Part shown: positions 29,277-38,849 of the stretch, piece by piece
Position numbering within the stretch: position 1 is the first letter of the stretch
Layout: each line of letters opens with the position of its first letter
NCBI GenBank assembly: GCA_965205485.1
Contig: OZ242180.1
Coordinates: forward strand, 1,280,001 to 1,344,000
Length of the DNA: 64,000 bases
DNA from: Candidatus Latescibacterota bacterium
GTDB taxonomy: Bacteria; Latescibacterota; UBA2968; GCA-2709665
Direction of reading: 5' to 3'
Made by a program: the position numbers and the translations under genes
Notes under the pieces: generated by a model
What the model saw: the letters and a program-made list of their open reading frames with translations, nothing else
Database searches by the model: none
What the model was told of the DNA's origin: nothing

Positions 29277-31313
29277 GTGATGACTCACGAAACAGCAGTT
29301 GGAACGGGCCCGGGGGCTTCCACGCTGAGTCTGCCGGAAGAGTTGCTGCTGGCGCTGCTGGACGAAGAGAGCGGTTATTTTCGTCAGGTGCCCGGCTGGA
29401 ACCTGAACTGCGCCATGGCCGGCGCAGCGCTGGGTGAACTGTCGCTGCGCGGTCGCATCGACACCGATCTTGAGTCGCTGACTCTGGTGGATGCGACCGA
29501 CACCGGTCGTCCGGTACTCGACCCGATCTTGCGGGAGATCTCGACCGAAACGGAAACACATGATGCCCGCTACTGGGTTGAGCGGCTTGCTCCGCAGTCC
29601 GAGTCGATGATCCCCCTGGCGCTGGACGGGCTCGTTCGGCGACAGATTCTCGACCTTCACCCGGGCGATTTCTATACCTTCACCAAGCGCCCGCCGCAGG
29701 ACGAAACACCGCAAGGAGACGTCCACCTGGCGGGCGAGTCCGTAAGGGCCCGGCTGACCAGGATCATCTTCTCGGACGAGATTCCGGGTCCGCGCGACGT
29801 CATTATCACCGGCCTCATCAACACCTGCCGCGTTTTCCATCTGATGTTTCAGATCGACGAGGAGGTGGAAGAACGGATTCAGTTCGTCAGCCAGATGGAC
29901 CTGATCGGCCAGGCGATTGCGGCAGCGGTGAGCCAGAGCATCATCGCACCCTCTCTTCGCCAGCCTTCGCTGACCAAACCGATTCCAACCGTGTCCCTGC
30001 GCGATCTGGTGTTCAACCGCGAGTTGCGAGAGGGCAGGCTGCCGGCAGGGTTCGCCATTCTGGCCGAAAAGTACGGTCCGGTATTCGAGCTTCGGCTCCC
30101 GTTCCGACAGAATATGATTGTCCTGGCAGGGCTGAAGACAAACGAATGGGCTCACCGCATGGGGCGGGTGTTCTTGCGGTCGAAAGAGTACTTCGAGGGC
30201 GTCGACAAGGCCTATGGCGTGTCGCGCTCGATGCACTCGGTTGACGGCGCCGATCACTTTCGCTTTCGCAAATCGTTGCAGCCCGCCTACTCTCGCAGGA
30301 CTTTGACCAGGCGTCTGGACGAGGTCTATGACCTGGCCCGTTCGCACATGGCGAGTTGGGACGTTGGCGCCGCGATGCCGGTGCAGGAGATGCTGCGACC
30401 ATTGCTGAACGCGCAGTCATCGCCGCTCCTGGCCAGCATTAACACCCAGGCCGAAATTGCCGACGCGCTCGAATACAAGATACGAGTACTCAATGTGGGC
30501 ATCGTCAAGATCCTGCCGCGCTTCATGCTCAAGACCCCGTCGATGCGCCGCCGGGCGAAGGCCATGCAAAAGATCGTAGACCGCATGCAGAGGACACATA
30601 CGGCCGCGCAGCGGGTTGGGATGCATGAGGACGTGGTGGACGCGTATCTGGCCCTGAACGCGTCCGATCCCCAGTTCCTCCCCGAATCGGACCTGTCGCT
30701 GCCGCTGGGCGCGATTCTGATGACCGCTATGTACATGGGCGATCAGATTGGCTTCGCCCTTTACTGGTTGGTGCAGAATCCCGAGTTGTACGAGCGAGTC
30801 ACGGCCGAAGCGGACGCGTTGTGGGCCGAGGGCGATCCCAGCGAGGAGGACTTCACTCGAGACCGGATCGACGTGACCCACCGGGTGCTGATGGAGGCTC
30901 TGCGGATGTCGCCGATCGTGGCCATGTCGATGCGCACGGTGATGAATACCTGCGTGGTGGAGGGTTACGAACTGCCGGTCGGGTCGCAACTCATGATTGC
31001 GCAGACGGCCACGCACTACTCAGAAGAGTCGTTTCCCGATCCGTGGACGTTCGACATCGACCGCTACCTGCCCCCGCGAAACGAGCACCTTGGCAGAGGC
31101 TACGCGCCCTTCGGACTGGGCACGCACTCATGTCTCGGGAGCCGCTGGGCCGACATGCAAATGGCGATCAATCTGCTGATGCTCACGCATCACTTCAAGA
31201 TCGAACTGGACCGTCCCTACGAGCGGTTGCCGATGGACCCGTTGCCCTCACAATCCCCCAGCAACAAACTGAAATTCAGGCTCGTTGAGCAGCGGCACGA
31301 ACTTCGAGTCTGA
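29277..31313 (+). CDS. GOLPH3/GPP34-domain - cytochrome P450 fusion protein
   Basis: N-terminal LSLPEELLLALLDEESG...AGAALGELSLRGRI...TG.PVLD.IL (GPP34-like); C-terminal KYGPVF, EALR, FPDPWTFDIDRY, FGLGTHSCLG (heme Cys codon 31131). Confidence 0.85.
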   Translation: MMTHETAVGTGPGASTLSLPEELLLALLDEESGYFRQVPGWNLNCAMAGAALGELSLRGRIDTDLESLTLVDATDTGRPVLDPILREISTETETHDARYWVERLAPQSESMIPLALDGLVRRQILDLHPGDFYTFTKRPPQDETPQGDVHLAGESVRARLTRIIFSDEIPGPRDVIITGLINTCRVFHLMFQIDEEVEERIQFVSQMDLIGQAIAAAVSQSIIAPSLRQPSLTKPIPTVSLRDLVFNRELREGRLPAGFAILAEKYGPVFELRLPFRQNMIVLAGLKTNEWAHRMGRVFLRSKEYFEGVDKAYGVSRSMHSVDGADHFRFRKSLQPAYSRRTLTRRLDEVYDLARSHMASWDVGAAMPVQEMLRPLLNAQSSPLLASINTQAEIADALEYKIRVLNVGIVKILPRFMLKTPSMRRRAKAMQKIVDRMQRTHTAAQRVGMHEDVVDAYLALNASDPQFLPESDLSLPLGAILMTAMYMGDQIGFALYWLVQNPELYERVTAEADALWAEGDPSEEDFTRDRIDVTHRVLMEALRMSPIVAMSMRTVMNTCVVEGYELPVGSQLMIAQTATHYSEESFPDPWTFDIDRYLPPRNEHLGRGYAPFGLGTHSCLGSRWADMQMAINLLMLTHHFKIELDRPYERLPMDPLPSQSPSNKLKFRLVEQRHELRV

Positions 31314-31378
31314 GTTCGCTGCGCCCGCTCCTCCAAAGCCTGGAACTGGTCCGCGATTCCCGAATTGAGCCTTTCGCA

Positions 31379-32407
31379 ATGAAATCATCTGGCGGCGGAC
31401 GACCTCGCACCGTACGGGTGATCACGGGCGCGAGCGGGCAGATCGGCGGGGTGTTGACGCGGGCCCTTACCGGTAAGTACGGGCCCCGTCAGGTCCGTGC
31501 GATCTTTCGGAAGCGTCGAGGAACGGCGGCGGATCTCGACATCGCATGGGTCAATGGCGACATTCTCGACAAGAAATCGCTGATCGCCGCCTTCGCGGGC
31601 GCGGAAACCGTGTTCCATCTGGCCGCGTTGGTCTCGATCGGTAGCGTCAGGGCGCACGAATTCCATCGCACGAATGTCCTGGGCACCCGCAATGTCGTGG
31701 AAGCGGCCCTCGAGTGTGGCGTGAGACGCCTGGTTCATGTTTCCTCGATCCACGCTTACGAACAGCACCCGCTGGACGAAGTACTTGACGAGAGCCGCCG
31801 TGCTGTGGACAGCCCGCGCGACGCTCCCTACGACCGTTCGAAAGCCGCCGGCGAAGTGGAAGTCCGCCGCGGCATCGACCGCGGGCTTGACGCCGTAATC
31901 CTGAATCCAACCAGCGTCATTGGCCCCTATGACGGCGAGCCCTCGCCTATGGGGCAGTTTTTTCTCGACCTCTACCGCGGGCGGCTTCCCGCGTTGATTG
32001 CAGGTGGCTACGACTGGGTCGATGTGCGCGATGTCGTGGCAGCCGCTATGGCCGCCGAGTCGCGGGCGAGATGTGGCGAAAACTACCTCGTCTCAGGTCA
32101 CTGGCACACCGTGCGCGAACTGGCGGAACTCTCCCGGCAGGCGACCGGTGTAGCCCCGCCCCGCCTCCAGTTCCCGATGTTCGCCGCCCGGTTATGGGCG
32201 CCCTGCCAGGTCGTCCTGGATCGGTGTCGCGGACGCCGTCCGCTCTACACGCCGGTGTCCGTCCGCGTCATGGCCCACGGCAATCGGCGGATATCCAGCG
32301 CCAGGGCGAAGGCGGAACTCGGGTTCCACTCGCGCTCGCTCGCAGAATCGGTCAGGGACACGTACCGCTGGTTCGACGAACACGGCATGCTGGGTGAAGA
32401 CGCGTGA
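31379..32407 (+). CDS. NAD-dependent epimerase/dehydratase, extended SDR (3beta-HSD/HpnA-like)
   Basis: TGASGQIG, FHLAA, NVLGTRNV, HVSS, YDRSK (YxxxK), VDVRDV. Confidence 0.85.
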   Translation: MKSSGGGRPRTVRVITGASGQIGGVLTRALTGKYGPRQVRAIFRKRRGTAADLDIAWVNGDILDKKSLIAAFAGAETVFHLAALVSIGSVRAHEFHRTNVLGTRNVVEAALECGVRRLVHVSSIHAYEQHPLDEVLDESRRAVDSPRDAPYDRSKAAGEVEVRRGIDRGLDAVILNPTSVIGPYDGEPSPMGQFFLDLYRGRLPALIAGGYDWVDVRDVVAAAMAAESRARCGENYLVSGHWHTVRELAELSRQATGVAPPRLQFPMFAARLWAPCQVVLDRCRGRRPLYTPVSVRVMAHGNRRISSARAKAELGFHSRSLAESVRDTYRWFDEHGMLGEDA

Positions 32408-32478
32408 CATGACCGAAGAGCGTCCGCTGTCTGTTGATCAGCGTGTGCGCCCCCATGTCCGAATGTCGTTCGTTCGCA

Positions 32479-35400
32479 TTACCGGACGGGAACCAGATGC
32501 AGACGGATGGCGTACAGCGCGGGGACGATCATCAGCAGGATTGAAGTGGCGATGAGTATTCCGAAGCCCAGCGAAGCGGCGAAAGGGACGAGGAACTGGG
32601 CCTGAACGGCGCGTTCCAGGATGAGGGGAAAGAAGCCGAGGAAAGTCGTCAGGGAAGTGAGCATAATGGGTCGAAAACGTCCCTTTGCGCCTTCGATGAT
32701 CGCAGTTCGCACCGGGGCGCCTTCATCGAGTTTCTGATCGATGAAGTCGATCATCACCAGAGAATCGTTCACGACCACGCCGCTCAGGCCGAAGACGCCC
32801 ATGAAGGATACCGCGCTCAGGGCCAGCCCCAGGACCCAGTGACCAAGGATCACGCCGATCAGGCCGAATGGGATGACGGCCATGATGATGAACGGTTTGG
32901 TGTAGGAGCGCAACGGAATGGCAAGCAGCCCGAAAATCATAATCAACGCAATCCCAAACCCGCGAAACAGTGCGTCAAGAGACTCGAGCTGCTGTTGTTG
33001 TTCCCCTCCAAACGTGTATGTCAGGTCCGGGTCCGCTGCGATGAGGTTCGCCAGGATGGAATTGGCCAGGATGTCGTTGGCTTCGTCGCCCGTGATCACC
33101 GCCTCGTCCACGTCGGCTGTGACCGTGACCACCCGCTGCCCGTCCTTCCGTCGAATCGCCGGCGGCGACATGCCCGATTTCAACGCGGCAACGCTGGTTA
33201 CAGGAACCTCGGACCCGTTCGGCGTGCGGATCAGGTACCCTTCGATATCGGTAATGGAATTCCGCTCATCCTCTGGCAGCCGCACGTAGACCCGGACCTC
33301 TTCCCGACCGCGCTGCACCCTAACGGCCTCCGCTCCGAAAAAAGCCGCGCGCGCCTGTCCAGCCAACGCATCAAGCGTGAGACCGAGCGTCTGCGCTTCG
33401 GGCCGCAGCTCGAGTTGGACCTCCGGGACGCCCGGCGTGTGGTCCGAACGTACGTCGTGGACGCCCCCAATGCCGCGGAGTCCGTCAACCACCGTCCCTG
33501 CGACCCTGACAAGCCGCTCCGGTTTCGGGTGGGACAGGACGGCCTCCACGGGGTTGCCGAAGTCGATGATCTCGCCGCTGTACGTGATCCCCCGCACGTA
33601 GGGCAATACCCCAACCTCCTCGCGCCAGGCCTGCACGAAATCGACGGTGGAGATCTGTCTTTGCTGTGCGCCCAGCAGTTTGAATTCTATGGTGGCGATG
33701 TTGGCTTCCGGATTCAGGGTCGGCGCCGGGTTCAGGCCTCCGCCCTGGATGCGCGGCCGCAGACCTACCGTTACGATAACGCCGGTTAGCAGCGGAGGCG
33801 CGTCCGCCGGCCGGTCCCGGGATAGGCGGTCGATGACCCGGTGTCCGGCATCTTCCAGTTCCCGCGCCACCTCGTACGTCCTCGTCGCGGTCGTCCCGTC
33901 GGGCATCTCCAGTGTTACGGTTGCGAAATCTCCCTCGACGTCAGCCGCCAATGTGGTTGGGATGATACCCGCGGCGACCAATGAGAAACACAGCACAAGC
34001 AACCCCACCGCACCCGACATTGTCACCCATGGCTGGTCGGCGGCAAACCGCAATGCCCGGTCCAGAGGGCCCTGCACGAAACCGTTCAGCAGCACGTCCA
34101 CCCGGTCCTGCACCCGTGCAAAGAAACGATCGAAAGCATATGCCGGCACCCATTCCGGGCCGTGCATGTGCGACAGGTGGTTGGGCAGGATCAGCAGGGA
34201 TTCGATAAGAGAAACGATTAGGATAGCGATCATGATAATCGGCAGCGCCCGCCACGAATCACCAACCCCGCCCGGGATGAACAGCAGCGGCACGAAAGCA
34301 ACCACCGTCGTGAGTACCGCGAAAATCAGCGGTACCTTTATCCGGCGTGCGCCCCGGATCGCAGCCAGGACCCCGGGCGTACCGCGCTTTCGTTCGTTCT
34401 GGATGAGTTCGGATACGACAATGGCGTCGTCCACGACGATTCCTATGGCGAGGACGAATGAGAACAGGCTCTGAGCGTTGATGGCAACGTCGAGTACCAG
34501 CATCACCGCAAGGGCGCCGATGCCCGAAACGGCCAGTCCGACCGCGACCCACATCGCAAGACGGATCTGGAGAAAGAGGCTGAGTGAGACCAACACCAGC
34601 AGAAGGCCCAGTACCCCGTTCTTGAGGAGAATATCGGTGCGTTCCTTGAAGTCCTGGGACTCGTCGTTCCATATGGTAACGCCCACGCCGTCAGGCAGTG
34701 ACGGAATCACCTCGTTCGCCAGGTGTTCCCTGACGGACGTGGCGACGTCCATCACGTGTTCGCCATCGGCCCGGTAGACTTCCACGAACACTGCCGGATG
34801 GTTCTGATGCCGGACAACCAGGTCGGCTTCCTGGAAATCGTCCTGGACTTCGGCGATATCGCCGATGCGCAGAACCGTACCGTCACGCTTGGTCAGAAGC
34901 ACGATTGCTTCGAAATCCTGCTGATCGTAATTCTGGCCGAGGGTCCGAACGCGCACCTGGGACTCCCGGGTGTCGATACTGCCGGCCGACAGGTCCAGAG
35001 AACTGCGGCGTACCGCGTTGGCGACGTCGTTGAGTGTAAGCCCGAGGGACCTCAGGTGATGAAGCGGCACCTCGATGGAGATCTCGTAATTTCTGACGCC
35101 GCTGACCTCCACCTGTGATACGGAGGAAAGCGTCTTGAGCTCATCCTCGATCTGGTATGCCAGTTCCTTCAGCGAGCGCTCCGGCACATCGCCGTAGACA
35201 ATGAGACGCATCATGCTCTGGCGGTTGGTCATCTCCCAGAACAGGGGACGTTCGGCGCCGCCGGGGAACGTCTGTATCCGGTTGACCACGGATTCGATAT
35301 CGTCCAGGGCCCGGGCCATGTCCGTACCGGAATCCATTTGAATTCTTACGGACGCGATACCCGGCGCCGCCACTGACTTGACCGCCTTCACGTCGTCCAA

Positions 35401-35652
35401 ACCGCTGACCCGGTCCTCGATCTTGACAACGATCGACTCCTCCACCTCCTCCGGTGTGGCGCCGGGATAGGCCATGGAGACTTCGATGTGGTAGAAGGGC
35501 ACCGTGGGCCACGCTTCCCGCTCCAGGCCGGTCAGCGACACCAGCCCGAACGCGACAATGGCCAACATCAGCAAATTGGCCGCGATGCTGTTGCCGGCCA
35601 TATAGGCGATCGGCCCGGGCCGTTCGCCCCGGATGTCGTCATTCGTACTCAT
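32479..35652 (-). CDS. RND efflux transporter permease (AcrB/AcrD/AcrF family)
   Basis: YPGATPEEVE, GIVVDDAIVV, GVVVNDSLV, RFRPIMLTSLTT; 1057 aa. Confidence 0.95.
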   Translation of the reverse strand: MSTNDDIRGERPGPIAYMAGNSIAANLLMLAIVAFGLVSLTGLEREAWPTVPFYHIEVSMAYPGATPEEVEESIVVKIEDRVSGLDDVKAVKSVAAPGIASVRIQMDSGTDMARALDDIESVVNRIQTFPGGAERPLFWEMTNRQSMMRLIVYGDVPERSLKELAYQIEDELKTLSSVSQVEVSGVRNYEISIEVPLHHLRSLGLTLNDVANAVRRSSLDLSAGSIDTRESQVRVRTLGQNYDQQDFEAIVLLTKRDGTVLRIGDIAEVQDDFQEADLVVRHQNHPAVFVEVYRADGEHVMDVATSVREHLANEVIPSLPDGVGVTIWNDESQDFKERTDILLKNGVLGLLLVLVSLSLFLQIRLAMWVAVGLAVSGIGALAVMLVLDVAINAQSLFSFVLAIGIVVDDAIVVSELIQNERKRGTPGVLAAIRGARRIKVPLIFAVLTTVVAFVPLLFIPGGVGDSWRALPIIMIAILIVSLIESLLILPNHLSHMHGPEWVPAYAFDRFFARVQDRVDVLLNGFVQGPLDRALRFAADQPWVTMSGAVGLLVLCFSLVAAGIIPTTLAADVEGDFATVTLEMPDGTTATRTYEVARELEDAGHRVIDRLSRDRPADAPPLLTGVIVTVGLRPRIQGGGLNPAPTLNPEANIATIEFKLLGAQQRQISTVDFVQAWREEVGVLPYVRGITYSGEIIDFGNPVEAVLSHPKPERLVRVAGTVVDGLRGIGGVHDVRSDHTPGVPEVQLELRPEAQTLGLTLDALAGQARAAFFGAEAVRVQRGREEVRVYVRLPEDERNSITDIEGYLIRTPNGSEVPVTSVAALKSGMSPPAIRRKDGQRVVTVTADVDEAVITGDEANDILANSILANLIAADPDLTYTFGGEQQQQLESLDALFRGFGIALIMIFGLLAIPLRSYTKPFIIMAVIPFGLIGVILGHWVLGLALSAVSFMGVFGLSGVVVNDSLVMIDFIDQKLDEGAPVRTAIIEGAKGRFRPIMLTSLTTFLGFFPLILERAVQAQFLVPFAASLGFGILIATSILLMIVPALYAIRLHLVPVR

Positions 35653-36860
35653 GGCGACTCGTCAGTCTCCGTCTGAACGGGCATTCCCTCCGTGGCGAAG
35701 TGAATCCCGCCGGTGATTGCCGCCAGACCGTGTTCCAGCGAACCCGTCACGTACGCCTCATCGTTGGAACGCTGCAAAACCCGAACCGGAACGATATTCA
35801 CAGCGCCGCTCTTCACCATCCAGACCTCGTTGCCGGGCTTCAGCGATGCCCGTGGGATCCTGAAAAAGCCCTCCCCGAACCTGCCCTCGATTTCCACCTG
35901 GACAAACTTGCCCACCAACAGTGGCGGACGAACACCGGGGTTGACGTTCCCGTTCGCCGGGACGTCCGCGGAAAACGGATCCGGTACGCGCACGATGACG
36001 TCGATGGTGCGCGATTGCTCGTCGAGGGCTGCCTCGGCTCGATCCACGTAGCCTTCCCATTCGTATTGCCCGTCGCCGTGCCGGGCGACCACCCGGGCAG
36101 CCACGCCCAGATTGCCGTCACCCGCCTTCAGTTTCCACAGGTCCGGAATGAGGGCGGCGTTGCCGTCGGTCAGGGGTACGACCACTTCCACCGCGTCGGC
36201 GGCAAACAGCCGGCCCACCGGCTGGCCTGGGCTGACGATCTTTCCCCGGTCCACGGATTCCTCGCGCACCACGCCGTTGAAAGGCGCGGTTATCGTGGTC
36301 CTGGACAGGGCGAGCCTGGCGTCGGCAAGCCTGGCTTCGTCGCGATTCAGCGCGGCCTTCGCCGCGTTCAACTGGGGCTCTCTCAGCGTAAGGGGATTCG
36401 TATCGGACGGCGAAGCCCCGTCCCCACGCTGCCGCGCGTAAAGTTCGTACTGTGAGCGGGCAATGGATGCCTGTTCCTGTTCGCTGAGCAATGCCACCCG
36501 GCTGGCCGCAAGAATGGCCTCGGCTTCCCGAACACGAAACCGATAGTGGACCTCCTCGATCCGGAACAGGGGCTGTCCGGCGGTTACCCGGCCCCCGCTC
36601 TTGAAGCCCGGGTCCACCCAGACCACCCTGCCGCCCACCTGAGGAACGATGTCGACCTCCGCACCGGGCCGCACGGTACCGGCACCGAATACCGGTATGG
36701 CCCCTGCCCCGGCGGCAACCGGACCCGTCTGCACGAACGGTATCTGGGGAGGCTGTTCGGTCCGCGTGGGTTCGGGCGCAAGCGAGACCAGAAGGGCAGC
36801 CAGACCCACGGAAAACAAGATTATGGCGCTGGCGGTCAAGACAGTGGTTATGCGGGACAT
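35649..36860 (-). CDS. RND efflux periplasmic adaptor (MFP)
   Basis: N-terminal TM, PQVGGRVV, RTTITAPFNG; 4-nt overlap with permease start. Confidence 0.9.
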   Translation of the reverse strand: MSRITTVLTASAIILFSVGLAALLVSLAPEPTRTEQPPQIPFVQTGPVAAGAGAIPVFGAGTVRPGAEVDIVPQVGGRVVWVDPGFKSGGRVTAGQPLFRIEEVHYRFRVREAEAILAASRVALLSEQEQASIARSQYELYARQRGDGASPSDTNPLTLREPQLNAAKAALNRDEARLADARLALSRTTITAPFNGVVREESVDRGKIVSPGQPVGRLFAADAVEVVVPLTDGNAALIPDLWKLKAGDGNLGVAARVVARHGDGQYEWEGYVDRAEAALDEQSRTIDVIVRVPDPFSADVPANGNVNPGVRPPLLVGKFVQVEIEGRFGEGFFRIPRASLKPGNEVWMVKSGAVNIVPVRVLQRSNDEAYVTGSLEHGLAAITGGIHFATEGMPVQTETDESP

Positions 36861-36866
36861 GGCAAT

Positions 36867-38396
36867 CTACTCCGTTGGAGGTCGGGAGACAGGCTGCGTC
36901 GGTGATTCCGGACCGGTTGCCTGGCGGGGGTCGGGGGTCCATGCGCCTCCCAGCGCCCGGTGCAGGGCAAGACGGGCCAGACCCAGATCGCGTTCCGCCG
37001 TCGCGAGCAAGGATTTCGCGGTCAGCCGGATCTGCATTGCGTTAAGTAAAGCTCTATAGCCAACGACACCGGAAACGTACCGCTGCTCCTGCAGTTCTTT
37101 TTCCGCTTGAGCCGTGTTCGATCGAGCGGTTAGCAGCGAATGGCGCCGGCGGCTGGCCTGCAGGCCGGCAAGGGCGGCCTCAACCTCGTTGACCGCGGTG
37201 ATCACGGATTTCCCGTAGACCGCGACTGCGCCTTTCAATCCGGCTTTCGCAAGAGCGAGATTGGCTTGAAGCCGGGTACCCTGGAATACGGGTCCCAGGA
37301 GGTTCATGCTCAGATTCCGGAACCATTGCTCCGGGTTGAACCACTCGCTCGACTCCGTACTCTGCAGCCCGATGGATCCGTGAAGGGACAGTCTCGGCGC
37401 CAGGTCCGCGCGGCGTGCGCCAACCTGGAGTCGGGCCGCTTCCATCCGCTGCCTGGCCGCGACGACGTCGGGACGCTGCGTCAGAAGGCGGGTCGGAATG
37501 CCCGCAGGAACGGGTTGCAGGGCTCCGTTGCTGTAAGGGGAGTCCGACATCAATCCCGCGAGGTCCACGCGGTTGTCTCCCATGAGCACCCGGAGCCTCC
37601 CCTCGGCATTGGCCAGCAGCGCTTCGATCTGCGGGAGTTCGGCCTGTGCGGTGCGCGAATCCTGCCGCGCCCTGTGGAGGACGCTCACGTCGGTCAGCCC
37701 GCGATCGTAGCGGGACTCGGCCAGCGACTCCCGCTTCCGGGAGACCTCCGCTATTTCGGTTGCCAGCGTCCGTTGGCGGCGCAGGTTGACAATTTCAAGG
37801 TAGGTCCGGACGGTTTCGGCCAGAACGCCCATCCTGGCTGTCATATAGTCCGACTCGGATGCGAGGCGCTCCGCGCCCGCGGCCAGCCCGTCGTTCCGGT
37901 TCCGGCCCCAGAAATCCAGTTCGTAGGCGAATTCCACACCGGCCGTATAGGTCGTCAGCCCGATTCGATCCGGGAGCGTGATTCCCGGCACGCCGCCCCC
38001 TCCCGAACCGACTCCCAGTTCGTCCAGCTGGGCGCCGATACCCGCGTTGGTGGGCGCGTCGAACTCATTGACGCCGGCTGTCGGCTGAATGGAGGGGAAC
38101 AGGGGCGCCCTGGCGATGCGTGCGCGCGCCCTGGCCTGATCGACCCGGGCGACCGCGGCCGCCAGGTCGAAGTTCGATTCCAGCACGTTCTCGATTATCC
38201 TGTTCAGGGCCGGATCGGCGAAGGATATCCACCATTCCCGGCGTTGGATTGAGACAGTGACTTCACCCCCTGCGGATCCGTCGGTCAGCTCGGAAACCGA
38301 TTCAGCGACCGGCGGCGCTGAACGCGGCGCAAGGGTGCAGGCGGAGACGAAAAAGCCGACGAGAGCCGGCGTGAGTCTTTTTCGCGAGATAGACAT
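36867..38396 (-). CDS. Outer-membrane efflux lipoprotein (TolC/NodT family)
   Basis: Lipobox FVSAC, WWISFADPALN, YELDFWGR, LLTQRPDV, ALGGAW. Confidence 0.9.
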   Translation of the reverse strand: MSISRKRLTPALVGFFVSACTLAPRSAPPVAESVSELTDGSAGGEVTVSIQRREWWISFADPALNRIIENVLESNFDLAAAVARVDQARARARIARAPLFPSIQPTAGVNEFDAPTNAGIGAQLDELGVGSGGGGVPGITLPDRIGLTTYTAGVEFAYELDFWGRNRNDGLAAGAERLASESDYMTARMGVLAETVRTYLEIVNLRRQRTLATEIAEVSRKRESLAESRYDRGLTDVSVLHRARQDSRTAQAELPQIEALLANAEGRLRVLMGDNRVDLAGLMSDSPYSNGALQPVPAGIPTRLLTQRPDVVAARQRMEAARLQVGARRADLAPRLSLHGSIGLQSTESSEWFNPEQWFRNLSMNLLGPVFQGTRLQANLALAKAGLKGAVAVYGKSVITAVNEVEAALAGLQASRRRHSLLTARSNTAQAEKELQEQRYVSGVVGYRALLNAMQIRLTAKSLLATAERDLGLARLALHRALGGAWTPDPRQATGPESPTQPVSRPPTE

Positions 38397-38480
38397 GTCG
38401 CTGAACCGAGGAAGCTCGAGCTTACGCTTGGTGTTCTGTAGGATGTTGAAGCCCTGACAGCGTATGGTGAACACGCTTTA

Positions 38481-38642
38481 ACAGTCCGTTGATAAAGCCG
38501 CTCTGCAGGCGAGGCCGAGCCATTGTGGCCGAAGACAAGGCGCGCGACCGAGTCGAATCGAGCGATTCGGCGAGGGAACGCAACGCAGTATTTCGACCGC
38601 AATGGCCGACCATAGACCGGATGGGCTTTTTCAACGGGCTGT
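38481..38642. mobile_element. MITE family B copy 1
   Basis: TIRs ACAGTCCGTTGATAAAGC / GCTTTTTCAACGGGCTGT; homologous in inverted orientation to 51905-52052. Confidence 0.8.
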
Positions 38643-38849
38643 AAAGGGCTCAACACTGCAACTTTCCATACGAAAATATCCCCGTTTTGTCAAATCAAAA
38701 ATCGGATTCGGGTCCGCGGATCCCGGCTGCCGAAACGGGCCGCGGCGAGTCGCGTTTGGGCAATTTGTCGTTGCGTATCAGGGCTATTCTTCATACCTTG
38801 CCGAGCCTGTTCTTCGTTTTCCTTCACTTCCACTGGAGGGACGGACGTT

